A DNA stretch of 64,000 bases from positions 3,436-67,435 of the forward strand of contig UQDS01000001.1 of assembly GCA_900539865.1 (NCBI GenBank), read 5' to 3'. The position numbers and the translations under genes are program-made. Of this stretch, positions 18,318 through 26,884 are shown in pieces (the stretch's first letter is position 1; every line of letters begins with the position of its first letter). The stretch is from an uncultured Mollicutes bacterium (lineage in GTDB: Bacteria > Bacillota_I > Bacilli_A > RFN20 > CAG-288). The notes under the pieces are model-generated. The model did not search any database. It worked only from the letters and a program-made list of their open reading frames with translations, and was not told the origin of the DNA.

Positions 18318-19193
18318 TTATTTACGTAATACATGCCAAGCCAAAGCACCGCCGGCAGCAAGGCCAACGTCTTGTAAAAACTTAGCGTTTGCAAAACGAA
18401 TTGGCTTAAGGCCCCAACCTTCAACCAAGGAGGTTGTTGTCTTTTCTAAATCTTCCATAAATACATCTGCGCTCTTTAATACACCGCCAGAGATAGCGTA
18501 CTGTTCCGCGTTGAAAAGAAGATGTAAATTAGCAAACCAAACGCTGAGCAAATGAATCCAAATGCGATAGATAGAAGTCATCTTGACATCGCCCAAACGG
18601 ACACCGTCAAAGAATTCTTTTCCGGATTCGATGCAGACACCATTTAATTTGGCAAGATTGACAATGCCGTTACCGGAAAGAAGATATTCTGTCTCATAAA
18701 GTCCGCCATTGTAATCGATCTTTAATCTACCACCTTCTAAAGGAAGATCGATCATTTCTCCTTTGTGAACAAGACCAAGACCGATACCGGTGGAGATGGT
18801 GACAAATGCAGAATTCTCTAAACCTTTATTTGCGCCATACTCTGCTTCGACTAATGCAGAACAGTTAGCGTCATTGGCAAAGAAAAACTTTGTATGAGGG
18901 AAATCTTGTTCAAAACGAGAGAGAAAATCATAGGAGTCAAAGCCAAGGTTTCCGCATCTGCCAACGTGGTTGGATTCAACAAGGCCGCAGACAGACATGC
19001 CGATTGCTTTGATTTCATCCATATGAATTTCATCAGCGACTTCATGAACTAAAGTTCTCATCGCTTCATAAAGCTTATCTGGATTATCATGGATAGAGGG
19101 AACGCGTCTCACGGCAAGAATATTTAAATTTTCATCTAAGGCGCCAACGCGGAGGTTGGTTCCGCCACAATCGATAGAAATGACACAATTCAT
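18318..19193 (-). CDS. glcK: ROK-family sugar kinase (glucokinase-like)
   Basis: ISIDCGGTNLRVGALD (ROK N-terminus) and a Cys/His cluster VCGLVESNHVGRCGNLG. ATG 19193 with AGGA RBS, 1 nt after the pyk stop. Confidence 0.7.
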   Translation of the reverse strand: MNCVISIDCGGTNLRVGALDENLNILAVRRVPSIHDNPDKLYEAMRTLVHEVADEIHMDEIKAIGMSVCGLVESNHVGRCGNLGFDSYDFLSRFEQDFPHTKFFFANDANCSALVEAEYGANKGLENSAFVTISTGIGLGLVHKGEMIDLPLEGGRLKIDYNGGLYETEYLLSGNGIVNLAKLNGVCIESGKEFFDGVRLGDVKMTSIYRIWIHLLSVWFANLHLLFNAEQYAISGGVLKSADVFMEDLEKTTTSLVEGWGLKPIRFANAKFLQDVGLAAGGALAWHVLRK

Positions 19194-19194
19194 A

Positions 19195-20667
19195 TTAATC
19201 ATCCTCGCTATAAAGGTCACTATTTGGATTTCTGACCGTCAAAACTTTCATAAAGTTCGTCTTACCAGCACCGACAGGGGTACCGCCAGTGATGATGATT
19301 CTGCTTCCTTCAGGAATATCGTAATCCTTAGCAATCTTTAAGGATAAGACTTCCATTTCTTCTGTGAATTGAGGGACTTTATTTGTGTGGTAAGGATAGC
19401 AGGCATAATAAAGCATCGAGTGAGTTAAAGCATCATAATCAGAAGAGACAACGAAGACAGGACAAATCGGTCTTGTCTTTGAAATTCTAACTGCTGTTTG
19501 ACCAGAAACGGAGAAACAAATAATCAATTTAGCATTGACCAAAATGGCAGTATCACTTACAGCGGCAGCAATGGCATCATTGACTTTCTTGTTAGATGTT
19601 TCAAATGCTTGATGGCTGGAATTTTCATAGTTGAAGTGCTTTTCGACTTCGCGAGCGATTTTCGCCTGCATCTGGACAGATTGAACAGGGTATTTACCAC
19701 TGGCGGATTCGCCAGATAACATGACAGCATCAGAACCTTGATCTATCGCCCAAGAGACGTCACTGACTTCAGCGCGTGTCGGGAAGGGGTTGTTGCACAT
19801 GGAGTCAAGCATCTGGGTAGCAGTGATAACGGGTTTACCATATTTGCGGCACTCTTCTATGATATAACGCTGATAGGTCGGAACCTGCTCAGCAGGGATT
19901 TCAACACCTAAGTCGCCTCTTGCAACCATGATGCCGTCAGAGGCTTGAATGATGGAATCCAAATTTTCAATCGCTTCAGTATTTTCAACTTTAGAGATGA
20001 TGAAGATATTCTTTCCGCCATTGGCATCAAGAAGATTTCTTAAGTCTTGAATATCTTGTGTGTTGCGGACAAAAGAAGCAGAGATGAGGTCGACATGCTG
20101 TTGACAACCAAAAATCAAATCGCTCTTATCCTGTTTGGAAAGATAAGGCATGGTAAGATGAACGTTAGGACAATTGACACCTCTGCGGTCCTTACAAGTG
20201 TGATCGTTCATAACTTCACAGATCAATGTTCTCGTGGCTTCTTCTTTTTCACGGACAATAAGCTCGAGGTTACCATCATCAAGCCGCATGACAGAACCGA
20301 CTTCTAAGTCAGAGTAGAGGTTCGTGTAAGAGACACCAAATTCTTTTTCGGTACCAAGCTCTTCAACGCCCATGCGAACACGTGTCAATGTTCCAGCTTT
20401 AAAAGAAGCAGCGCCATTGACAAACTTGGAAGTTCTGATTTCAGGTCCCTTTGTATCAAGGCAAATCGGGATGATGATACCTTCTTCCTTTTCGATTTCT
20501 CTTAAGGTTTGAATTTTTCTCAAATGTTCTTCATGGGAACCATGAGAGAAATTTAATCTCATACAAGTCATACCAGAAGCCAAAAGCTCTTTGGTGACAG
20601 CCTTGTCTTGACTGGAAGGACCAATGGTACAAACGATTTTCGTCTTCTTATCGATTCTATAGTTCAT
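19195..20667 (-). CDS. pyk: Pyruvate kinase
   Basis: MNYRIDKKTKIVCTIGPSS..., MVARGDLGVEIP; 490 aa; AGGAGA RBS. Confidence 0.9.
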   Translation of the reverse strand: MNYRIDKKTKIVCTIGPSSQDKAVTKELLASGMTCMRLNFSHGSHEEHLRKIQTLREIEKEEGIIIPICLDTKGPEIRTSKFVNGAASFKAGTLTRVRMGVEELGTEKEFGVSYTNLYSDLEVGSVMRLDDGNLELIVREKEEATRTLICEVMNDHTCKDRRGVNCPNVHLTMPYLSKQDKSDLIFGCQQHVDLISASFVRNTQDIQDLRNLLDANGGKNIFIISKVENTEAIENLDSIIQASDGIMVARGDLGVEIPAEQVPTYQRYIIEECRKYGKPVITATQMLDSMCNNPFPTRAEVSDVSWAIDQGSDAVMLSGESASGKYPVQSVQMQAKIAREVEKHFNYENSSHQAFETSNKKVNDAIAAAVSDTAILVNAKLIICFSVSGQTAVRISKTRPICPVFVVSSDYDALTHSMLYYACYPYHTNKVPQFTEEMEVLSLKIAKDYDIPEGSRIIITGGTPVGAGKTNFMKVLTVRNPNSDLYSEDD

Positions 20668-20802
20668 AGTTAGTCTCCTTTGTGACTAAAACGATACGGC
20701 TCATTGCCGAAAAATCTCTATATTATAATAACAATATATGTATAATAAATAAAGTGAATAAAGCGAATTTTATCTTTGATACAAAGAAATTTGCATTCAC
20801 AT

Positions 20803-20811
20803 TTGATATAA
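20803..20811 (+). promoter_or_regulatory. Extended -10 promoter element (TGATATAAT) 12 nt upstream of the dnaB-like ATG, implying a leaderless or near-leaderless mRNA
   Basis: TGnTATAAT match; no SD between it and ATG 20823. Confidence 0.4.
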
Positions 20812-20822
20812 TTTTTATAACT

Positions 20823-22085
20823 ATGAAAATCATTGAAAAAAACTCGGTGTTATCCGAAACGATCGATTTCACACTTTCCGAGACAGATCAGCAGGTCTTG
20901 GCCCTTTTATATATGCCGATTATCAAAGCGGAAAGCTTTGCTTTGTATCAGGCTCTCTTGCATTTGAAAGGGACAATGAATTTACAAGAATATATCACGC
21001 ACGAAACCCTTTTATTTGATTTGGGTTTTACTGATACTACGTTTTTAAAAGCACGTGAAAAATTAGAAGGAATTGGTCTTTTAGAGACCTATCGTTCTGA
21101 GCAAAATGATGACAAAGGAAATATCAAAGTATTTTATTGTTACCACCTTTTGCCTCCAGCCTCCCCTAAAAAATTCTTTTCAGATATTTTGTTGCGCGTG
21201 ACATTAGAGCAGGCGGTCGGATCAAAAAGATATTTCTTCTTGATGAATTTATTCCGCATGAACAAAAACGGTGTCTCTGATCAATATCAAAATATTTCCG
21301 CATCTTTTAAAGATGTATATACATTGAATATCACCCCGGATAATCCAGCGATGACTGACGGTGGTAATGTTTTTGTTGATAAAAATTACAAAAATCAATC
21401 TAATTTTGATAAACAGCTTTTTATTGACAACTTAACTGCTGATAACATCTCTGTAAATCAATTAAAAGATGATATTGATGAAGCGGCAGAAGTAAGCGTC
21501 TTATATTCCTTGGATAGTCAGACCGCTTATCGCTTTTTTGTCTCTTCTTTAGACACGCAAAACAAATTTTATTCTGAACACTTTAAAAAGCAGGCTAGAA
21601 ATTATAATCGTTATCAAAAAGCAGAAGAGAAAGTTCATGACAAAGCGACCTTAGGAGAAGGAGAAAGCTCTCAGAAGATACGCTATCTAGAAACGACACC
21701 GCCGAAAGAGTTTTTACAAGATTATTATCATGCAGAACCTGCGGCATTCATGCTGAAAACAATCGAACATCTCTATTTTGATTTACAATTGAGCAATTCT
21801 GTTATCACCGCGATTTTAAGTTATTCTTTGAATAAAACAGATGGTGCCTTCCATTCTAACTTCATAGAAAAGGTAGGCTATTCTCTTGCTGGTAAGCATA
21901 TCACCGATGCCTATGAGGCGATGGTTTATTTTGAAAATCGTGAATTTGAACTAAAGAAACTCGATGGTTATACGAGTGCGAAAAAGAAGAGAAGCAAAAA
22001 AACAGAGGAAGTTCCACCGGCGAAAGAGAACGAAACTGTCAGCGAAGATGATGTCATGTCTCTTGCGGAGGATTTAGGATTATGA
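20823..22085 (+). CDS. Replication initiation / membrane attachment protein of the DnaB/DnaD family (B. subtilis DnaB-like, not the helicase)
   Basis: N-terminus ...LSETDQQVLALLYMPIIKAESFALYQALL resembles B. subtilis DnaB; a C-terminal DnaD-like block NFIEKVGYSLAGKHITDAYEA. The ORF-track start 20682 (GTG) lies inside the pyk RBS and is rejected. Confidence 0.55.
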   Translation: MKIIEKNSVLSETIDFTLSETDQQVLALLYMPIIKAESFALYQALLHLKGTMNLQEYITHETLLFDLGFTDTTFLKAREKLEGIGLLETYRSEQNDDKGNIKVFYCYHLLPPASPKKFFSDILLRVTLEQAVGSKRYFFLMNLFRMNKNGVSDQYQNISASFKDVYTLNITPDNPAMTDGGNVFVDKNYKNQSNFDKQLFIDNLTADNISVNQLKDDIDEAAEVSVLYSLDSQTAYRFFVSSLDTQNKFYSEHFKKQARNYNRYQKAEEKVHDKATLGEGESSQKIRYLETTPPKEFLQDYYHAEPAAFMLKTIEHLYFDLQLSNSVITAILSYSLNKTDGAFHSNFIEKVGYSLAGKHITDAYEAMVYFENREFELKKLDGYTSAKKKRSKKTEEVPPAKENETVSEDDVMSLAEDLGL

Positions 22086-23050
22086 AAAGCAACTTGGAAA
22101 AAGATGGACTTCGTACCTATGAAGGTCATCATTATGAAATTGTTGTCCCGGAAGGTGCTTTAGAAGATTTAAAAAACGAAGTAAATTCTCTTCTCGAAGA
22201 AGATATTCGTCTTAAATTAAAAGTGAACAAACTTTTAAAAACCGAAAAGACTTTCGATCGTTCCCTCGGAATTTTATATGATTATCTAAAGGATCAGCGC
22301 CGGTGTTCACAATGCGATCATCACCTTCTTTCCTGTCCGAAAGAAAAATATGCTGGATATCAGTTGGATATTTATTACGATGAGACAAATGACAGCATTC
22401 AATGCAATTGGAATCCCTGTGCTCACTTGTTACAAGTGCAAGAGACTTTGTCTCGGATTAAACCTTGTGATTTTGGTCGTAAGAAACTATATCTCGATGC
22501 CATGAAATTAGTTTCTTGTATTACAACAGGAAACAATGCAAAAAAGATGAAAGATGTCACGTATGTCATCTCCAAGGCACAAAAAGATGCTAAAAATTCC
22601 ATTTTAGAAAAAGGCTTTGCCCTGTATTCTACAACCGATGTGTCTTTGGTTTCTTCTTCTTTGCATGCAATTGCACTATATTACGCTACCAATGGCAAAA
22701 AGGTTGCTATGATCGATTCAAAATCGTTCTTTGAAAATCTCAAGTCTTTTAGAAACGATGAAAAGGACGCAGCGTTAAAAGATCTTCAGCGCGCAAAGAA
22801 AGCGGATGTTCTTATTTTCGAAAACTTAGATCAGATGGGCTATGCCAACAACTCGCTACTAAACGATTACATCATTCCCCTTTTAGATGTGCGCGAGGAA
22901 AAAGAGAAGAGAAATTACTGCTCCATTTCTTCTCCTGAAAAAATGAATCATATTATTTATGGAAGAGATCTTGTTGCTAAAGATGAAGTCAATCAAAGAA
23001 TTGCAAAGCTCTTTGATTTATATGCGATAAAAGATATTGATTTGCGTTGA
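22082..23050 (+). CDS. DnaI-like helicase-loader homologue with a degenerate AAA+ core
   Basis: ATGA overlap with the upstream gene, the dnaB-dnaI arrangement of Bacillus. An N-terminal Cys-rich region (CSQCDHHLLSC...CNWNPC). Where DnaI has GPxGTGKT the sequence reads LYSTTDVSLV, and VLIFENLD stands in place of the Walker B DD. Confidence 0.5.
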   Translation: MKSNLEKDGLRTYEGHHYEIVVPEGALEDLKNEVNSLLEEDIRLKLKVNKLLKTEKTFDRSLGILYDYLKDQRRCSQCDHHLLSCPKEKYAGYQLDIYYDETNDSIQCNWNPCAHLLQVQETLSRIKPCDFGRKKLYLDAMKLVSCITTGNNAKKMKDVTYVISKAQKDAKNSILEKGFALYSTTDVSLVSSSLHAIALYYATNGKKVAMIDSKSFFENLKSFRNDEKDAALKDLQRAKKADVLIFENLDQMGYANNSLLNDYIIPLLDVREEKEKRNYCSISSPEKMNHIIYGRDLVAKDEVNQRIAKLFDLYAIKDIDLR

Positions 23051-23100
23051 TTTTAAAAAAATATAGCCTCTAATTCCAATAGGTGATAGGAGGCCTTTTT

Positions 23101-24273
23101 ATGTTTACACAAAGCGGAAAAGATGATTGTGGAAAAACGGTAGTCAGAATGGCTTTAGCAAAGCTCCATCGTGATAAAAATTATTACTTTCAAGCTATAG
23201 ATGAAAGTTGCAACGATTTTTATCAGATGAGAATAACGCTTCAACAGCACGGGCTGAAATTCACCTCATACAAGATAAATGACCTGGGACAAATTGAGGA
23301 TGATAAAAATTGTTTTATCGCTCAATTTCAACAACAGGAAATGTTTCATTTTGTTTTTGTCTATCGAAAAAAAGGACAAAGTTATTATTTGTATGACCCT
23401 AATTTTGGCAATATAATAATGTCAAAAGAAGAGTTTCAAACATTTTTTACAGGTGTAATATTGTTGTATGAAAAGAAAGTGAAAAAGGAAAAGTGTCAGT
23501 TGAAGCAACTTGTTCCAAAACATATAACATTTTTGTATCTTTTATTCGGTGTTCTCAGTTTCTGTTCTCTCTTTCCAATGCTTGTGTTTCAAAAGATTGC
23601 CGCTGATTTCACATGGAGTTTAGTCTGTCTCTTTTTGTCGTTGACATTCATTTTATTTATCAATGGAATCAACATTTATTTACGGAATAAAATGGAGAAT
23701 GAAATCATGAAAAACTATCTTTTGTCCTATCCTGACAGCGCTGATTTTTACCGTTTGAATAGCATGATTAATCTTGCGATAAAAAGGCGTAGTAATTTAA
23801 CTTGTTATAGCCTTGCACTGCTTGTATTTTTTATCGGACTAATTGCCAATAATATTTTTTATTGCATTTTAATTTTAGTGTCTCTAATCTTTGAAATCCT
23901 CTTTTTGACTATTGAAAAAAATAAACCGAAAGTAAATCGTAATTGTTCTTTATTAGAAACAAAGTTTTTACAAAATATGAAGAGAGATTCCAATGCGTTT
24001 TGCTATTATCAACAAGCCAAAAAGAAAGCGCAAAAATTTTATTTGCGTTTAATCCTATGTTCTCTTTTGCAATTTGTCATCGCATTGATTTTCATTCTAG
24101 TAGTGATGAATAAAAGCGGAATTTATTCGATCAATTTTTTGTTTTTTTCTTTGGGCTTTACGTTTACTTTTTCTTTTCTTACCAAGCGCTGGCTTGCTAC
24201 TTTTGATTTAAAAAGCCAATTGGCAAAGGAATATAATGCACTCCGTCATCCTTTTTTGACAAAAAGCTGTTAA
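23101..24273 (+). CDS. Peptidase C39-like domain fused to a ~6-TM membrane domain (PCAT-like, but with no ABC ATPase domain)
   Basis: QSGKDDCGKTVVRMAL (Gln/Cys of C39), FHFVFVY...YDPNFGNIIMSKEEFQTFFTGVILLY (His region, closely like ComA/PCAT peptidase domains), then six hydrophobic helices; the protein ends at 396 aa without an NBD. AGGAGG RBS before ATG 23101. Confidence 0.6.
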   Translation: MFTQSGKDDCGKTVVRMALAKLHRDKNYYFQAIDESCNDFYQMRITLQQHGLKFTSYKINDLGQIEDDKNCFIAQFQQQEMFHFVFVYRKKGQSYYLYDPNFGNIIMSKEEFQTFFTGVILLYEKKVKKEKCQLKQLVPKHITFLYLLFGVLSFCSLFPMLVFQKIAADFTWSLVCLFLSLTFILFINGINIYLRNKMENEIMKNYLLSYPDSADFYRLNSMINLAIKRRSNLTCYSLALLVFFIGLIANNIFYCILILVSLIFEILFLTIEKNKPKVNRNCSLLETKFLQNMKRDSNAFCYYQQAKKKAQKFYLRLILCSLLQFVIALIFILVVMNKSGIYSINFLFFSLGFTFTFSFLTKRWLATFDLKSQLAKEYNALRHPFLTKSC

Positions 24274-24328
24274 CTTAGTGCAAATAGGGTAGTTATATAT
24301 TATACTAATATATAGCTGGAGGTTTTCT

Positions 24329-25198
24329 ATGGCCTATTTTCATGTGTTAGATTATTGTGATGAAACAAAAGGGAATCGCAAGTGGAAGAAAATCTTTGAT
24401 ATTTGTTTTGAGTCAGTCTTAAATGAGTTACACAAAGAAGGAAATTATGAAATTTGTCTTTCCTTAGTCAGTGTGGATAAGATTCATGAACTGAACAAAG
24501 AATATCGCAATATGGACCGCCCGACAGATGTCCTTACCTTTGCTTATCGCGAAGCTGATTTCTTACCCGATGAACCGATCATCGACTTAGGAAGTATCAT
24601 CATTTCTCCTGAAATCGCTAAAAAACAAGCGAATGATTTCCATCATCCAATGGAAAGAGAACTGGCGTTTTTATTTATCCATGGTCTGTTACACTCTTTT
24701 GGCTATGATCATCATGATAATGATAAACAAGCTGAAGAAATGTTTGCCTTGCAAAATAAGATTCTCAATGAGCTTCCCTATGATTTTTATACAAATATCA
24801 ATAAGGCAAAAAAATTAGTTCTCCTTGCACAAGCGCAATCTTATTCTCCTTATTCCCAGTTTAAAGTCGGCGCTATCGTGTGCACAAAAGATGGTAAGTA
24901 TCATCCAGGATTCAATATTGAAAACTCAGCTTATGGTGATTGCATGTGTGCAGAACGTGTCGCTTTGTTCTCTACTTATGCGAAAGGGTATCACAAAGAG
25001 GATATTGCTTCTTTAACCCTAATCACTTCATCTAGTGACATCGGTTCTCCTTGCGGTTCTTGCCGTCAAGTTATGTCTGAATTGATGGAGCTTCACTGCC
25101 CTGTTTATATTTTTAATAAAGACGAAACGAAACGTCTGGACACAACGGTGGAACAACTTCTTCCTTATGTCTTTACTCCTGAGGTACTTAAAAAATGA
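24329..25198 (+). CDS. Apparent fusion: endoribonuclease YbeY (N-terminal) + cytidine deaminase Cdd (C-terminal)
   Basis: YbeY zinc motif HGLLHSFGYDH, then ...SYSPYSQFKVGAIV..., CAER and PCGSCRQ (Cdd zinc ligands), in one uninterrupted frame. B. subtilis has ybeY-dgkA-cdd-era-recO; here dgkA is absent. Confidence 0.65.
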   Translation: MAYFHVLDYCDETKGNRKWKKIFDICFESVLNELHKEGNYEICLSLVSVDKIHELNKEYRNMDRPTDVLTFAYREADFLPDEPIIDLGSIIISPEIAKKQANDFHHPMERELAFLFIHGLLHSFGYDHHDNDKQAEEMFALQNKILNELPYDFYTNINKAKKLVLLAQAQSYSPYSQFKVGAIVCTKDGKYHPGFNIENSAYGDCMCAERVALFSTYAKGYHKEDIASLTLITSSSDIGSPCGSCRQVMSELMELHCPVYIFNKDETKRLDTTVEQLLPYVFTPEVLKK

Positions 25199-26067
25199 AA
25201 AAAGTAGGTTTTTGCTGTGTATACGGCCGTGCAAACGCTGGTAAATCAACCATCATCAACAAATGTTTGGGATTTAAATTTCTTCCCGTTTCTTCAAAAC
25301 CGCAAACGACAAGAGACAACGTCCACGCGATTTATAACGATGAAGAGTCACAAATTGTCTTTGTTGATACTCCTGGTGTCTTCCGCCCGCATGGAAAATT
25401 AGGAAGTATTTTACTTCGCGATGCCGAATCTGCCAAAGAAGGCGTTGATGTTATTGTCTATGTCATCGACGCTTCTGAAGTTCCTAATTTTGAACTGGCT
25501 GAGAAGTTAGCAAAACAAGATATCCCGGTCATTATCGCTTATAACAAATTAGATTTAGTAAGTGCCGATATCGGGGAATCTCGTTTGGCTCGTTATCGTG
25601 AAATTCTTCCAAACGCTCCTTACCTTCGCATCTGTGCAAAAGATGGCTATGGTATTTCCGAACTGATCTCCTTGATCAAAAATTATCTCTCGGAAGGGGA
25701 GAACATTTTCCCGGAGGATATCGTCTCTGATCGACCGATGGAGTTTGTCATTTCTGAAATCATCCGTGAGAAATGTATGCGCAATTTACAAGCGGAAGTC
25801 CCTCACTCTATCTATATCGATGTCAAACATGTTCAAGAAGACGAAAACGGTATGGAAGTATATGCGGATTTAATTGTAGAAAAAGAATCGGAACGTGCGA
25901 TTGTCATCGGCAAGCAAGGAAAGATGATATCAACTATCCGCAGATTTTCCGAACAGAGCTTACGTTCTTATTTCGGCGTGCCTGTCCGTGTCGAGCTTTT
26001 AGTCAAAGCGATTCCCGACTGGCGCAACCAAGAAAAATATTTGCGCAAGTTCGGCTATGAAGACTGA
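25195..26067 (+). CDS. era: GTPase Era
   Basis: GRANAGKST G1, DTPG, NKLD, C-terminal KH domain; ATGA overlap with the upstream gene. Confidence 0.9.
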   Translation: MKKVGFCCVYGRANAGKSTIINKCLGFKFLPVSSKPQTTRDNVHAIYNDEESQIVFVDTPGVFRPHGKLGSILLRDAESAKEGVDVIVYVIDASEVPNFELAEKLAKQDIPVIIAYNKLDLVSADIGESRLARYREILPNAPYLRICAKDGYGISELISLIKNYLSEGENIFPEDIVSDRPMEFVISEIIREKCMRNLQAEVPHSIYIDVKHVQEDENGMEVYADLIVEKESERAIVIGKQGKMISTIRRFSEQSLRSYFGVPVRVELLVKAIPDWRNQEKYLRKFGYED

Positions 26068-26807
26068 TGATTCGAAAAAGTGAAACACAAGACGCATTAG
26101 TCTTGTCTTCTAGCAAGTTTAAAGATGACTCGGCGATAATCACGCTCTCTGGTCAAAACGGTATCTTTTCCTTGTATGCCCGAGGCATTTATAAACCAAA
26201 ATCACCTTTAAAGCCTTTGCTCATTGTCGGAAACTTTGTCTCTGTCGAATATAAAGTGAGTCAAAATGGACCTGGGTTTGCTTCTTCCTTGAAAGTTATC
26301 GAAGATGCATCTCTCCTTTATCAGGATTATAAATCCAATTGTTTCTTATTGCTGTTACAAGAGCTTTCTCTCTCTCTATTTCGATATGGCGATGCGTTTC
26401 CACAAGAAGAAGTTATGCGCTTGATATTTAAGCTTCAGGATCATGGTGATAGTTTGTCATTAGCATTGCTCTTGCTTGGTATCTTTTACAAGCGCTTTGG
26501 CTTAAATATACAGACAAAAGAATGCGTTGTCTGCCATAAGAGTGATCACATTGTTTCTTATTCGTTACAAGAAGGTGGCTTCCTATGCCAAAACTGCTGT
26601 AACGATTTACATAAAGAATGTTTCAATGAGATGGATCTCTATGTCTTAAAGTTTGCTTTTTCTCCCTTGACAGATGACATTTTAAACAAAAAGGTTCCAC
26701 AAGAATCCGGGGTGAATGTCTTTCTTTCCCTCCTTGAAAATCTCATTCTTTATTTTGACTTAAAACCCTTGCGATGTCTGCCTTTATTCTTGCAGGCCAT
26801 TCAATAA
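26067..26807 (+). CDS. recO: DNA repair protein RecO
   Basis: OB-fold N-terminus and a C-x2-C...C-x2-C zinc finger (CVVCHK...CQNCC); the era-recO pair. Confidence 0.8.
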   Translation: MIRKSETQDALVLSSSKFKDDSAIITLSGQNGIFSLYARGIYKPKSPLKPLLIVGNFVSVEYKVSQNGPGFASSLKVIEDASLLYQDYKSNCFLLLLQELSLSLFRYGDAFPQEEVMRLIFKLQDHGDSLSLALLLLGIFYKRFGLNIQTKECVVCHKSDHIVSYSLQEGGFLCQNCCNDLHKECFNEMDLYVLKFAFSPLTDDILNKKVPQESGVNVFLSLLENLILYFDLKPLRCLPLFLQAIQ

Positions 26808-26884
26808 AAAAGAATTTCTTATAATTCTGGCTCAAGAAATTTCCTTCGTGTCCTAGTGTAATTAATATAAAAGAGGTATCTATT

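Noticed and set aside
20682-20822. ORF-track N-terminal extension (GTG start) of the dnaB-like gene
   Set aside because: It would overlap the pyk Shine-Dalgarno and start codon on the opposite strand. It encodes an AT-rich, low-complexity peptide, and homology begins at Met 20823.
26808-26884. Imperfect 8-bp hairpin (AATTTCTT...AAGAAATT) between recO and glyQS as a terminator or attenuator
   Set aside because: It has no downstream T-run and a long loop, so it is probably just part of the short intergenic leader.
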